Shown: positions 40,462 through 57,488 of the stretch, piece after piece
How positions within the stretch are numbered: the stretch's first letter is position 1
How the letters are laid out: each line of letters opens with the position of its first letter
Assembly: GCA_963762255.1 (NCBI GenBank)
Contig: CAVXKA010000001.1
Coordinates: 256,001 to 320,000 of the forward strand
DNA: 64,000 nt
From: Candidatus Eiseniibacteriota bacterium
GTDB taxonomy: Bacteria; Eisenbacteria; RBG-16-71-46; JABDJR01
Direction: 5' to 3'
Notes under the pieces: generated by a model
What the model saw: only the letters and a program-made list of their open reading frames with translations
Databases searched by the model: none
Told to the model about the DNA's origin: nothing
Program-made: the position numbers and the translations under genes

Positions 40462-40649
40462 TCATCGCGAAGTCAGCGTGGAATCCCAAGGGGAGAAAGC
40501 GTTAACGGATGCGGATCGTCAGGGGTTTCTTCGGTCCAGCCACCGCGGGCGCACGACTCAGGATAACTCGCTCAAGCAATAGTGATTAGCGACGGTTTTA
40601 CGGATTTCACGGCGCGTTCCCGTCGGGAAACATAACACTTTCTGTTGGA

Positions 40650-43065
<2,416 letters not shown>

Positions 43066-43071
43066 CGTTGT

Positions 43072-44325
<1,254 letters not shown>

Positions 44326-44378
44326 CCGTTCCTCAAAGAGACCCTTGGTGCCGTCGATGCCGTCTTCCGGTTATCGGC

Positions 44379-44969
<591 letters not shown>

Positions 44970-44974
44970 GAGGG

Positions 44975-46270
44975 CTATTCCTCCACGGGATGGTGGCCGA
45001 CCACGGCCACGGTCACTTGGGCCTTCTCCACCAGTCTATCGAGGACCCGGCGCCGGAACAAATCGTCCCGCAGCCGCTCCAGCGACCCATCCTTCTTCAA
45101 TTTGGCCTTCACCTGAGCCACCTGCTGATTCTCCTGCTGGGCGAACGACTCGAGTTCCTTGTCGAGGTCGGCGTCGGTCACCTCGATCCCCTCCTGCCGC
45201 GCCACCGAATCCATCAGGATGTCGATCCTGTAGTGCTGGCCGATCTGGTCCCGGTAGTGATCCCGCACCTTCGATTCCTCGTCGGGGGGCATGTCCGGGT
45301 GCTCTTCGCGGGCCCGTTCCACGATGCGGGCCACGGCCCCGTCCACCACTCCTTCGGGGAGATCGAACGGGTTGAGTTCCAGGAGCCGGTGTACCAGCTT
45401 GTTCTCCAGGTGCTGCATCGAGTGCATCCGCGCCTCCGCCTCGAGATTGAGCCGGATACGCGACTTGAGATCGTCGAGTCCGACATCCTCGGCACCCAGC
45501 ACCTTGCGGGCGAAGACGTCGTCGAGGGGGAGCCACACCTTTTCCTGCACCTTGGCCACGGTGACGTGGAACGTGCGGGTGCCCCCGGCCAGCTTGTCAT
45601 CGGGATAATCGGGAGGGTACGTGAGCGGAATCCGTTTCATGTCGCCCAGGACCACGCCCAATAGCTCGTTGTTGAAGACCTCCGGGGTGTGGGGGCCGCC
45701 CAATTCCAGCGAGACCTCGGTGGGCTCCTTGTCGGCGGGGGGATCGCCCAGGGCGCTTAGCTCAAGATAGCGGATCACCACGACGTCCCCCTTGTGAGCG
45801 GGGCGGTCCACGTCTTCCAGGTCGGCGTTCTGGTCGCGGAGCCGGTCGAGAACCTTCTGCAGATCCTCCTCGGTCACCTCCGGTTGCTCGCGGGTCAACG
45901 CGAGCCCCTCGTACCCCTCGACTTTGATCTCCGGCATCACCTCGACGGTGGCCGTGAACGCCAGGGGCTGCCCGGACTTGAACATCAGGTTCGAGACCCG
46001 CGGATCCCCGAGAGGTTTGAGTTCGTGGTCGCGGAGCGCTTGATCGATGGCCTCGGGGAGCAGGCGCCGAAGCACCTCTTCCTCGACGTCCTCGCCGAGA
46101 TGCCGCTTGGCGAGCTCCACCGGGACTTTGCCCTTGCGGAATCCGGGGAGCACCAGCCGGCGGCGGTATTCCTCCACCACCCGATCCAGCTCCTCGTTCA
46201 CCACGTCCGGCTCGATTTCGATTTCGAGCACTCGCTTCCAGGCCGGTTCTTCCCTGACGGTCACCTTCAT
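44975..46270 (-). CDS. tig: Trigger factor
   Basis: [10 protein letters not shown] ribosome-binding motif; tig-clpP-clpX-lon synteny. Confidence 0.93.
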   Translation of the reverse strand: MKVTVREEPAWKRVLEIEIEPDVVNEELDRVVEEYRRRLVLPGFRKGKVPVELAKRHLGEDVEEEVLRRLLPEAIDQALRDHELKPLGDPRVSNLMFKSGQPLAFTATVEVMPEIKVEGYEGLALTREQPEVTEEDLQKVLDRLRDQNADLEDVDRPAHKGDVVVIRYLELSALGDPPADKEPTEVSLELGGPHTPEVFNNELLGVVLGDMKRIPLTYPPDYPDDKLAGGTRTFHVTVAKVQEKVWLPLDDVFARKVLGAEDVGLDDLKSRIRLNLEAEARMHSMQHLENKLVHRLLELNPFDLPEGVVDGAVARIVERAREEHPDMPPDEESKVRDHYRDQIGQHYRIDILMDSVARQEGIEVTDADLDKELESFAQQENQQVAQVKAKLKKDGSLERLRDDLFRRRVLDRLVEKAQVTVAVVGHHPVEE

Positions 46271-46361
46271 GAGCGTGGACTTCTCCTCAGTATGTTTCCG
46301 GGGGATTCATGGCGCGGAACGCCCGGCGCGACGCCGGGCTGCCCGCCCGTTTCATCGGGGC

Positions 46362-46446
<85 letters not shown>

Positions 46447-46510
46447 GCCCACAGGTGTGACGGAGGACCGGCGAGTATACCACCAAAGCCGCGGGTCATC
46501 CGCCGGGGGG

Positions 46511-47574
46511 CTAGCCCCGCACGTGAGCCGCCAGGAGATCCCCGATCTGGCTCGTGGAAAGGCCGCAGTTAGCGGAGAGGCTCGGGATGCGTTTGGCGCG
46601 CAGGTTGGCGGCGATGGCCTCCTCGACCGCGCGCGACGCGTCCTTCTCTCCGATGAAATCGAGCAGGAGCTGAGCCGAGGCGACGGCCGCCACCGGGTTG
46701 GCCACGTTCTTTCCGGCGTACTTGGGTGCCGAGCCGTGGATCGGCTCGAACATGCCGGCCCCGCCGGGGTGGATGTTCGCGCTGGCCGCCGATGCCCATC
46801 CCGCCCTGGATCATCGCGCCGAGGTCGGTGATGATGTCCCCGAACATGTTGCGGCACGACCACCGACGTCGAACCACTCCGGGTTCTTCACCATCCACAT
46901 GCAGGCGGCGTCGATGTAGGCGTGGTCGCGCTCGATGTCGGGGTACTCGGCCCCCACCTCCTCGAAGGTCCGCGTCCAGAGATCCGTGGCCCGCATCGCG
47001 TTGGCCTTGTCGACCAGGGTGAGCTCGCTTGCGCTTGCGCTTGCGCGCGAGATCGAAGGCATAGCGGATCACGCGCTCGTCCCCTTGCGGGTCAGGATCA
47101 TCTCCTGGATGGCGACCTCGTCGGGGGTCCCCTTCTTGAAGAACCCGTCGATGCCGACGTAGAGGTCTTCCGTGTTCTCGCGCACGAAGACCATGTCGAT
47201 GTCGGTCGTCACTTGTCCTTCAGCGGGCAGAGGTGCTCCGCGTAGAGCTTGATCGGACGGAGGTTGATGTAGAGGTCGAGCCCGAAGCGGCACCCCGCCG
47301 ACGATCGCGCGCTCGAGGAGTCCCGTCTCGACCCGCGGATCGCCGATCGCGCCGAGGAGGATGGCGTGGTGCTGGCGGAACTCGTCGAGGGCGGACGGCC
47401 GGCATGAGCTCGCCGGTCTTCAAGATAGTGCTCGGCGCCCCATGGATAGTCGGTGGGCTTGAACTGGAGAACCTCGAACTTGTCGCCCGCGGCACGCAGG
47501 ACCTTGAGAGCCTCCGCCGTCACTTCCGGGCCGATCCCGTCGCCGCCGATGACCGCGATGTTGTAGCTCTTCAC
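46511..47574 (-). CDS. leuB: 3-isopropylmalate/tartrate-family decarboxylating dehydrogenase (multiple indels)
   Basis: GDGIGPEV, FVRENTE, VDKANA, NMFGDIITDLGA, FEPIHGSAP distributed over several frames. Confidence 0.75.
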
Positions 47575-47629
47575 GTTTGACTCCGTCTTCGCGGCGCTCT
47601 CGCCGCGGTGCAGGGATCCGCGGGCCCGA

Positions 47630-49634
<2,005 letters not shown>

Positions 49635-49650
49635 CGGGACGCTCTCCTGT

Positions 49651-50535
49651 TCAGACCAGTCCTTCGGTCGGCGTGGGTGGATCGACGCTGTAGTCGTAGA
49701 AACCGATCCCCGACTTCTTCCCGTGATAGCCGGCCATCACCATGCGCTTCAAGAGCGTGGGCGCCGCGTATTGCGGCTGCTTGAACTCGTCGAACATGAT
49801 GTTGGCGATGTAATAGGTGGTGTCGAGACCGACGAAGTCGAGAAGCTTGAAGGGACCCATCGGATAGCCGGCGCCGAGCCGCATGGCGCGGTCGATGTCC
49901 TCGACCGAGGCCACGCCCTTCTCCAGAGCGCGCACGGCGTCGAGGATATAGGGCACCAGCAAGAGGTTCACCACGAAGCCCGGGCTGTCCTCCGCCAGAA
50001 TCGGCTCCTTGCCGAGAGCGCGAGCGAAGGCCATGCCGGCCTCGACGGTCTCCGGCGCGGTCCGCACGGACTTCACCACTTCCACCAGCTTCATGAGCGG
50101 AACCGGGTTGAAGAAGTGAAGACCGATGAAGCGATCGGGGCGCTGTGTGAAGGCGGCCATCTCGGTGATGGAGAGACTCGATGTGTTGCTGGCGAAAATC
50201 GTGTGCGCGGGGCACACCCGGTCGAGCGTGCCGAACACCTCGCGCTTGAGGTCCATGTTCTCGGTGACCGCCTCGATCACGAGATCGCAGTCCTTGAGTC
50301 CCTCTAACGCCGTCACGCCGCGGATGCGGCCCCAGACGGCGGCGGCTTCCTCCGCGGGCATCTTCCCCTTGGCCGCGCGGCCGTCGAGGAAACCCTTGAT
50401 GCGGCCGAGACCCTGGTCGAGGAGCTGCTGGTCGAGTTCACGAACCGTGACTTCGAGGCCGGACTGGGCGGCGACCTGAGTGACACCGGAGCCCATGAGT
50501 CCGCAACCCACCACGCCGACTTTCTTGATCTCCAT
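49651..50535 (-). CDS. hbd: 3-hydroxybutyryl-CoA dehydrogenase
   Basis: VVGCGLMGSG, IEAVTE, SNTSS, HFFNPVP, GYPMGPF; ATG 50535. Confidence 0.92.
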   Translation of the reverse strand: MEIKKVGVVGCGLMGSGVTQVAAQSGLEVTVRELDQQLLDQGLGRIKGFLDGRAAKGKMPAEEAAAVWGRIRGVTALEGLKDCDLVIEAVTENMDLKREVFGTLDRVCPAHTIFASNTSSLSITEMAAFTQRPDRFIGLHFFNPVPLMKLVEVVKSVRTAPETVEAGMAFARALGKEPILAEDSPGFVVNLLLVPYILDAVRALEKGVASVEDIDRAMRLGAGYPMGPFKLLDFVGLDTTYYIANIMFDEFKQPQYAAPTLLKRMVMAGYHGKKSGIGFYDYSVDPPTPTEGLV

Positions 50536-50643
50536 GGGGAGGCACTCCTTAGGGGGCGGAACCAAACGCAGGGAAGCGCCGCGAAGCATCGGATCGGCGG
50601 CGCCGAAGCGAGGGGCGTAGGCTAGCACCCGGCCGGAGGCGGG

Positions 50644-50683
50644 GGCAAGGCAAGGGCGAGCGGCAAGGCAAGGGCGAGCGGCA
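50644..50683. repeat. 18-bp tandem repeat (GGCAAGGCAAGGGCGAGC x2 plus partial), intergenic
   Basis: Directly visible in the sequence. Confidence 0.7.
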
Positions 50684-50691
50684 GAGAAGGG

Positions 50692-51645
50692 CTATTTCTT
50701 CTTGGGGTGCGCCGCTTCCCACTTGGCCACGTCGGGGGCGAAGGCGGGATCCTTCTGGATGGCGTCGCCGAGGGGCTTCCCCTCCCCCTTGGCCTCGACG
50801 ATCGAGCCGTCACTTCCCACGGTGATGTCGAGTACCGACATGTACTGCCCGCGGTTGCCGGCCCGGATGATCACGGTCTTGCCCAGCCGCTCGGGCTCGA
50901 ACTCGTACCCGGGGCTGTGCCCCACGACGAGGACGTCGATCCCCGACACCTCGGCCAACAGCCGCTTCGCGTCGCCGGGCCCCTCATGAAAGAGCACGAC
51001 CACGACATCCGACTGTCGGCGCAGCTCGGGGAGGACGCGGAGCAGGGCCGTCTTGGAATCCTCGAACGTGAAGTCGTCCTTCTTCTGGACGCCCCGGGTC
51101 TTGTTGAAGGCGTAGTACGAGCCGCCGGTCACGCCGGTCACGCCGACTCGGACGCCTTCCTTGTCGAAGACCGCGTATTCGGGAAACACGAGCGCCCCGG
51201 CCGAGTCCTTCACGTTCGCGGAGACCATCTTCACCTGGGGGTTGCGGGCCGCCAGCGCCTTCAACGCCGTCAGCCCCTCAAGCAGCTCCAAGTCCCCGGG
51301 AGTGACCGCCTCGTAACCCATCCGGCCCATCAAGTCCCAGATGAACTCGGTTCTCTTCCAGGAGTCCGGGGGCTTGTCGTCGCCGAAGTTGCCGGCGTCC
51401 ACCACGAGCACGGGTCTTCCCATTGCCCGCTCCGCCTTGATCACGGTCGGCCTCTTGTCCAAGCCCCCCAGCATCTTCTTGCTGCAACCGCAGGTGATGA
51501 CTTCACCCACGCTGGATGCGGTGGCGACGATGGTCACCTTGCCGCCGGACGCGCGGGCGGCGGTCGCGAGGCCGAGGGGAAGAAGAAGACCGGCGGCGGC
51601 GATGAGAATGACCGGCCGGCGCTGCGCGAGGTTCAGGATCGACAT
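50692..51645 (-). CDS. Secreted UshA/5'-nucleotidase-like metallophosphoesterase-fold protein with CGC motif (degenerate metal ligands)
   Basis: ATG 51645 with GAGGAG; GEVITCGC..MLGGLDKR, VVDAGNF, IDVLVVGH. Confidence 0.7.
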   Translation of the reverse strand: MSILNLAQRRPVILIAAAGLLLPLGLATAARASGGKVTIVATASSVGEVITCGCSKKMLGGLDKRPTVIKAERAMGRPVLVVDAGNFGDDKPPDSWKRTEFIWDLMGRMGYEAVTPGDLELLEGLTALKALAARNPQVKMVSANVKDSAGALVFPEYAVFDKEGVRVGVTGVTGGSYYAFNKTRGVQKKDDFTFEDSKTALLRVLPELRRQSDVVVVLFHEGPGDAKRLLAEVSGIDVLVVGHSPGYEFEPERLGKTVIIRAGNRGQYMSVLDITVGSDGSIVEAKGEGKPLGDAIQKDPAFAPDVAKWEAAHPKKK

Positions 51646-51722
51646 CGTGGGCTCCTCAAGGATGTGAGACGGCGGGGATACCTGTCCCCGGCGGTCCGTA
51701 TTCCTGCGGGGCAAGGCCCGAA

Positions 51723-52461
51723 CTACTTCGTGCGAATGAAGATCCAGTACCCGATGGCCACGAACAGGGCGCCCACCATGACCGCCGTGATCTCGGGTCC
51801 GTACCGGTCCACCACCGGCTGGAACACACCCCCCAATGTGGGAATGTGCAGGTTCGATACCGCTTGCTTGGCGGAGTCCGTGGCCCGGCCCACCGTGCCG
51901 CCCAGACCTGTCCGCGTCGGGGTGCGCGTTGAGTCCGACCCGCTCCCACGGGAAGTAGCGAACGACCACCCAGGCCGCCACCACCAGCACCGCCAGCCGC
52001 ACCACGAACCGGAAGAACCACCCGAAGAACGGAAAGCGCGGTCCGAATCGCGGCGCGGGTATGCTCACCGGCCTCGCGGCCGCACCCAGCGGCTTGGCGT
52101 CCTTGCGTGCCGGCATCCCCTTCAACTTGTTGAGAAAGAGGAAGAGCCGGTGCCACTCCCGCTCGAACTCCTCGCGCTCGCGGTCGGATCTTGCGTTGGG
52201 GGCGGCCAGCGTGGGGTACCGGGTCATGAACTCGCCGAGGCTGCGCTGATGCGAGAGCAACTCCTGCAACCCTCCACCACCGCCGTTGTGCACGACCGCC
52301 GTGAGGTCTTCCGCGATCTTCCCCTTGAGAGCCAGGAATCGGTTCTCCTCCTCCGGAGAGACGTCGGTCGCGCCGTGCCTGTTGGACACCAGGTTCCGGT
52401 ACTCGACCCACTCGCGAATCAACCGATCCAGCCGGCTCTTGTATCGCTGCTCGGCGAACAT
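51723..52461 (-). CDS. Hypothetical membrane protein (frameshift near 51900-51930)
   Basis: Helical N-terminus and TM helix; the shifted frame ends ...PEITAVMVGALFVAIGYWIFIRTK* (TAG 51723). Confidence 0.6.
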
Positions 52462-52518
52462 GGCAATCACCTCACCGCAGCGCGGCCGGGTTCCTCGAAT
52501 TGGGACCCGGGGCCGGCG

Positions 52519-53586
52519 CTACTTTCGCTTGAGACCCTTGAGCTTCTCCGGATCCTGAATGCGCGTGACCACATCCACGTAGTCCACGAAGCCCTGCTCG
52601 TAGAGGCTGAGCAGCGCGTCGTCCAGCAGCATCATGCCCTCCCGGTAGTGGGTGGCGATGGCGTTGTTGATCTGGTGGACCTTCCCCTCGCGGATGAGGT
52701 TCGAGATCGGCGAGTTCACGAACATGACTTCACGAGCGCAGACACGGCCCTGGCCGTCCGTGCGCCGCAGAAGCGTCTGAGAGACCACCACCTTGAGGGT
52801 GAGGGAGAGGCGCGTGCGGATCTCCGCCTGATGCTCGAGCGGAAACACATCGATGATGCGGTTGATGGTCTTGGCCGCGGATTGGGTCGAGAGCGTCGAG
52901 ATGACGATGTTGCCGGTTTCGGCCGCAGTGAGCGCGATCTCCATGGTGTCCCGGTCGCGCATCTCTCCGACGAAGATGATGTGGGGCATCTGGCGGAGCG
53001 CGGCTTTCAGCCCCCGCGGATAGGACATGGTGTCGAAGCCCATCTCGCGCTGGTCGATCACGCAGACGTTGCTCCGGAACATGAACTCGATGGGGTCCTC
53101 GATGGTGATGATGTGCTTGGGGACCCCGTGCAGGGTGTTCAGGTGCTCGATGTAGGAGGCGATGGTGGTGGACTTCCCCGCTCCGGTGGGCCCCGTGATG
53201 AGCAAGAGCCCGCTGGGAACGTTCACCATCTGCATGAGCACGCGCTCGGACAGCCCGAGCTGCTGATAGGGCGGGATCTCCAGGGGCACCAGCCGCAGGA
53301 CGGCGGCTATGGTGCCGCGCTGCTGGTAGACGCTCACGCGGAATCGGGCGAGATCCGGCACGTGGTAGCCCACGTCCAGCTCCCGCTCCATCTCGAAGGT
53401 CTTCCGCTGCTCCATGGTCAGGAACTGGTAGACCAGGTTCTGGGTCTCGCTCCCGCTGAGGATCCAGTCGGGGTCGAGCGCATGGAGCGCGCCGTGGATG
53501 TGAAGCGTGATGGGTGCGCCGGCGGAGATGAGAATGTCGCTCGCGCTGCGGTCGACCGACTCGCGGAGGATCTCCATCACGTCCAT
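52519..53586 (-). CDS. pilT: Type IV pilus retraction ATPase PilT/PilU family
   Basis: GPTGAGKSTT, ITIEDPIEF, VGEMRD, ISNLIREGKVHQI. Confidence 0.88.
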   Translation of the reverse strand: MDVMEILRESVDRSASDILISAGAPITLHIHGALHALDPDWILSGSETQNLVYQFLTMEQRKTFEMERELDVGYHVPDLARFRVSVYQQRGTIAAVLRLVPLEIPPYQQLGLSERVLMQMVNVPSGLLLITGPTGAGKSTTIASYIEHLNTLHGVPKHIITIEDPIEFMFRSNVCVIDQREMGFDTMSYPRGLKAALRQMPHIIFVGEMRDRDTMEIALTAAETGNIVISTLSTQSAAKTINRIIDVFPLEHQAEIRTRLSLTLKVVVSQTLLRRTDGQGRVCAREVMFVNSPISNLIREGKVHQINNAIATHYREGMMLLDDALLSLYEQGFVDYVDVVTRIQDPEKLKGLKRK

Positions 53587-53592
53587 GGCTGG

Positions 53593-54868
53593 TTACCTCT
53601 GATCGCGGATGATGGTGGGGGTCACCTCGATGAGAAGATCGGTCTGGGTCTTCTCGATCCGGTAATGGCGGAAGAGATAGCCGATGACCGGAATGTCGCC
53701 CAAAAGCGGCACCTTCTTGACCGCTTCCTTGGTCTCTTCGTTGAGGAGGCCGCCCAGGAAGAACTTCTGCCCGTCCCGCACCCGCACGACCGAGGTCGCG
53801 CGGCGGGTCGAGGTCTGGGGCAGGTCGTTGTCGGGACCCACGAAGGCCACGATGGTGGACACTTCGGGGCTCACCAGGCTCGTGATGAAGCCGTCATTGG
53901 AGATGCGCGGGGTGATGTTGAGCTTCACGCCGACGTCGATCTTCTCGAGCTGCACGCTCTGGAACGCCCCACCCTGCACTCCCCCGGACTGAAGGCTGGT
54001 GATGACCACCGGCACCGTCTGGCCGATGAAGATCTCCGCCGGTTGGTTGTCCATGGTGGTGATCTTGGAGTTGGCCAGCAGCTTCGCGTTGCCGTCGGTG
54101 ATGAGGGCGTCCAGGGTGATCTCGAACGCCTCGACCTGCCGGTACCAATCGTCTGTCTTGCCGTACTTCACGAAGGGCAACTCGCTAGGAAGCGCATCGT
54201 TGCTGGAGGAACCCGGGTCGCCCTCGGTGACGATCTGCGTCCAATTGGTGATCTTCGCCCAGTCGATGCCCAGCTCCTTGAGCGTGGTGGTGTTCACTTC
54301 GACCAGGCGCGCCTCCAGCATGACCTGGGCCGGCTTCGCGTCGAGCTGGCGGACGATGCCGTCGATCTCCTCGATGATCGACTGCGGCGCCTTGACGATG
54401 AGCCGGTTGCCGGAGCCGTAGGAGCGCATGTCCTTGGACACCACCGCCAGGGCCTCGGTCACCTCGTCCGCGTTGGCGTATTGAAGCTCGAAGACGCGGG
54501 TGGTGAGACCGGTCTGAGTGGCGAGCCGCTGGAGATCGGCGACAAGGATGGAGTTGCCCACCCGTTCGTAGCCGAGACCGGCCGCGCGCACCACGAGGTT
54601 CAACGCCTCGATGAACGGGGTGTTGGTCAGGTGGATGCTGATCGTGCGCCCCTGGACCTCGGGGCTTGTCACGATGTTGAGCTGGCTCCGGTCGGCCAGG
54701 ATCTCCAGCACCGTGATCACCGGGGTGTTGTCGGCGTCCAGGCTGATGAGCTGGCTCTGCGCGGCCTGCGTGGCCGCCTTCCTGCGCGAGGACGGGCGAT
54801 GCCGCCAGCAGCAGGGAGGCGATCAACAGGCCCGCGAACCGGCCCGTTCTCCAGTGTCCCGCCTTCAT
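53593..54868 (-). CDS. pilQ: Secretin (PilQ/GspD family, short form; frameshift near 54778)
   Basis: QVMLEARLVEV, VGVKLNITP, KVPLLGDIPVIGYLF, LLIEVTPTI; signal peptide in an upstream frame. Confidence 0.85.
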
Positions 54869-54873
54869 GGCTC

Positions 54874-55362
54874 TCACGGCTGTCTCCTTAGAGTGAGTGT
54901 GTGCGTAACTCCATCCTTCGTCACGACGACCGCGCTCTGGCTGATGGAGGTGATCGTCCATCCCTCGAAGGACTGCCCCACGCGCAGGCGGCCGGATATG
55001 CCTCCCTCCGACGAGAGCTGAACCTCGGGGTCCACTTGATCGAACAGTACCAAACGTACGTCGGGAGGGGTGTCCGACCGGGTCTGCGCATCGGGCCGCT
55101 GCGTTGCGGCGGCCGGTCGCGCGGGCAGGTGGAACGGATCGCGCGACGGCGTCCCGACGTCGCGGAGCGCATCGTCGCGGGCCTTGGCCTCTGCCGCCGG
55201 CGAGGTGCCGACTCCGGGGGACGAGGCGCGGGGCCCGACCACCGGTGAGAGAACCGCGTCCGCGGCGGCCAGGGACCGCACGACGAGATAGATCCCCGCC
55301 GCCAGCAAGAGCACTGCGGCAAGAGAACCCATCCCGTTTCGGCTCTTGCGTCGCGACCTCAC
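54874..55362 (-). CDS. PilP-like alignment protein
   Basis: TM anchor, RDPF motif, LRVGQSFEGWTITSISQSAVVV; position between pilO and the secretin gene. Confidence 0.6.
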   Translation of the reverse strand: MRSRRKSRNGMGSLAAVLLLAAGIYLVVRSLAAADAVLSPVVGPRASSPGVGTSPAAEAKARDDALRDVGTPSRDPFHLPARPAAATQRPDAQTRSDTPPDVRLVLFDQVDPEVQLSSEGGISGRLRVGQSFEGWTITSISQSAVVVTKDGVTHTLTLRRQP

Positions 55363-55898
55363 GGTCTTCCCTCCGGGTTCAAGGTCAACACCGAGACGTC
55401 GAGGTTCAGGGTCACGCCGGGATCGTCAAGCCCCGTGCCCATGGTGAACGAATCCACGATGACCAGCGGGGCGGCCAGCTCCAGAGCCTGGAGGAAACGT
55501 ATCTGCTGGGTGAAGCTCCCCTGCACGGACATGAAGTAGGTCGTCCGGGTGAAGGGGGGCGTCTCCGTGCGGGCGCCCAGACGCAGGTCCAAGCGCCGCA
55601 ACCGAGCTTGCGCGCGAATCCGCTCCAGTATCCGGAGCGGGTCCGCTTCCCGATAGGCATCCAGCCACTGCGCTGCCCCCTCCGCCTCACCGGATACATA
55701 CTCCGCCAGGGCCGTGGCTTCAAGCCGCTTTCGATCCGCCTCGAGGGCGCTCTTCTCCACCACGGCGCGGCGCGCGAGAAGCCGGCCCAGCTCCCGCTCC
55801 TGGGGACGGACCCAGAGCAAATCCACCCCGAGCGCGGCCACGATGACCAGCACCGCCAGGATCAGCTCGGGGGTCTTGCCGCGCCAGAACCGGCTCAT
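55359..55898 (-). CDS. pilO: PilO-like protein
   Basis: TM, coiled coil, GSFTQQIRFLQALE; synteny. Confidence 0.7.
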   Translation of the reverse strand: MSRFWRGKTPELILAVLVIVAALGVDLLWVRPQERELGRLLARRAVVEKSALEADRKRLEATALAEYVSGEAEGAAQWLDAYREADPLRILERIRAQARLRRLDLRLGARTETPPFTRTTYFMSVQGSFTQQIRFLQALELAAPLVIVDSFTMGTGLDDPGVTLNLDVSVLTLNPEGRP

Positions 55899-56479
55899 GG
55901 TGCAGGCTCCGTCTTAGGGGCAGCCTTGGGCGGTGTCTTGCGCAGCACGACCTCGAAATCCTGGAGGCCCACGCCGCTGGCTGTTCCCAGGTCGATTCTC
56001 GGGTATTGGCGACCCACCGTGGGGCTATCGCGCAGGGTCTGCATGAAGACGATCACGGGGTTGAGATCGAGCGAACCTCCGAGGATGCTCCCCTCCAGGT
56101 TCAATCCGTCCAGATTCCCCCGCCCGCGGCCGGAGGCAGCGTCGATCTTCGCGAGGATGAGGTCGTTGGGCAGGGCCCTCGCCACCGCCGCGACCGTCGT
56201 GGCCCAGTCCACCCGATCGAGACGCGCCTGGACGAGCTGTTGCGCGAGTCGGGCCTGTGAGGTCTCGGGGGCTTCGTGCGTGTGCGCTTCCAGGGCGACG
56301 ATCGAAGCGCGCAGATCGCTGACGCGCCCGCGAACCTGAAAGCCGGAGATGACGAGAAAGCCTATGAGGAGGAGATCGACGCCGACCACGATCCCCAGGA
56401 TCGATCCGCGAAGAATGCCCCGACGCACCACTGCGGCGCGCTGCAGCCGCTCCGGGTACAAGTTGACTTGGTACTTCAC
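55895..56479 (-). CDS. pilN: PilN-like protein
   Basis: N-terminal VNLYP (INLLP-like), TM, coiled coil, LPNDLIL. Confidence 0.75.
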   Translation of the reverse strand: MKYQVNLYPERLQRAAVVRRGILRGSILGIVVGVDLLLIGFLVISGFQVRGRVSDLRASIVALEAHTHEAPETSQARLAQQLVQARLDRVDWATTVAAVARALPNDLILAKIDAASGRGRGNLDGLNLEGSILGGSLDLNPVIVFMQTLRDSPTVGRQYPRIDLGTASGVGLQDFEVVLRKTPPKAAPKTEPAP

Positions 56480-56486
56480 CCGATCC

Positions 56487-57437
56487 TCACCATGCTGCCA
56501 ACCCGACCGCGCTCACCAGCCGGACCCGATCTTCGGCGGGCGGAGCATCTCCCTGGATCTGGATGTTCGTCAGCGGATCGACCGGCACGAGTTCGGTGCC
56601 CAGGATGGCGGCCGTGCGTTCCTTCAGCCCGGCAACCAGCGCCCCGCCGCCGCACACGTACACACGCGCGACCTGACGGATACGCTGGCGGACGGCCAGA
56701 AAGCGGAACGTCTCTTCGAGTTCGAACGCGAGGTTGCGCGCGCAATCCTCCGGGGAGCGCTCGGCGGGGCCCTCGCAGGTGAACTCCATCGCGCGCACGT
56801 AGAGATCCCCGCCGGGTGCGACTGCGGCCAGTACGCTCGACTCCGCGCCAAGATCCAGGACCACGCGGGCACCATCCCCCGCTTCCAGGGGATAGGCGTC
56901 GAGCACGGCGTTCACGACGGGGAGAGGCTCGGCTCCCAGCGCCATCGGATCGATGCCCACCGCGTCCAGGATCCGTAGCACCTCGTCGCGCTGGGCTCGG
57001 GGCGCGGCTACCAGGACCACTTCCTTGCCGGGGGCCCCTCCTCCTTCGACGGCGGGTGCGTCTCCCACGATCTGGAAATCGAGGCACGGCTCCTTGAGGC
57101 TCTCGAGCGGGAGGTGTTTGCGCGCCTCGAAGGGGAGCGCCCGGCGCAGTTCGTCTTCGGTCAAGGCGGGGAGGACGACCTGGCGCACGCACACGTCCCG
57201 ACCCCCGACCGCGGAATACACGGAGCCGAGCTGGCGGGACTTGAGACCGACACGCCGCAACAATGCGGACAGCGCGCTCGCGCGCGCTCGCATACGATCG
57301 GGAACGGACCGGTCCACCGGCTCCATTCCCCAATGGCTGAGAACCGGCCGGTCGTCGGCACCGGGCTCGAGTCGAACGAGCTTCACGGTGTGACGGCCGA
57401 GATCGATTCCCGTTGTGGCTGCACGACGCGACAGCAC
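56487..57437 (-). CDS. pilM: Type IV pilus assembly protein PilM
   Basis: GIDLGRHTVKLV, FEARKHLP, LDLGAESS, VYVCGGGA. Confidence 0.85.
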   Translation of the reverse strand: MLSRRAATTGIDLGRHTVKLVRLEPGADDRPVLSHWGMEPVDRSVPDRMRARASALSALLRRVGLKSRQLGSVYSAVGGRDVCVRQVVLPALTEDELRRALPFEARKHLPLESLKEPCLDFQIVGDAPAVEGGGAPGKEVVLVAAPRAQRDEVLRILDAVGIDPMALGAEPLPVVNAVLDAYPLEAGDGARVVLDLGAESSVLAAVAPGGDLYVRAMEFTCEGPAERSPEDCARNLAFELEETFRFLAVRQRIRQVARVYVCGGGALVAGLKERTAAILGTELVPVDPLTNIQIQGDAPPAEDRVRLVSAVGLAAW

Positions 57438-57488
57438 GTGCCCTCCTTGGCTGCTGCGCCCTCAGGGCGACGGGCTATGGTACGACGT

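Noticed and set aside
50644-50683. 18-bp tandem repeat as a CRISPR or functional array
   Set aside because: Only two copies, no spacers and no cas genes
50692-52470. 592-aa ORF suggesting a membrane protein-nucleotidase fusion
   Set aside because: Artefact of a frameshift near 51900; the upstream gene has its own stop (51723) and the downstream gene its own RBS, ATG and signal peptide (51645)
57304-57317. GGACCGGTCC core similar to the LacI operator (also near 34665)
   Set aside because: Inside coding sequence, lacks the TT/AA flanks, and is expected by chance at this GC content
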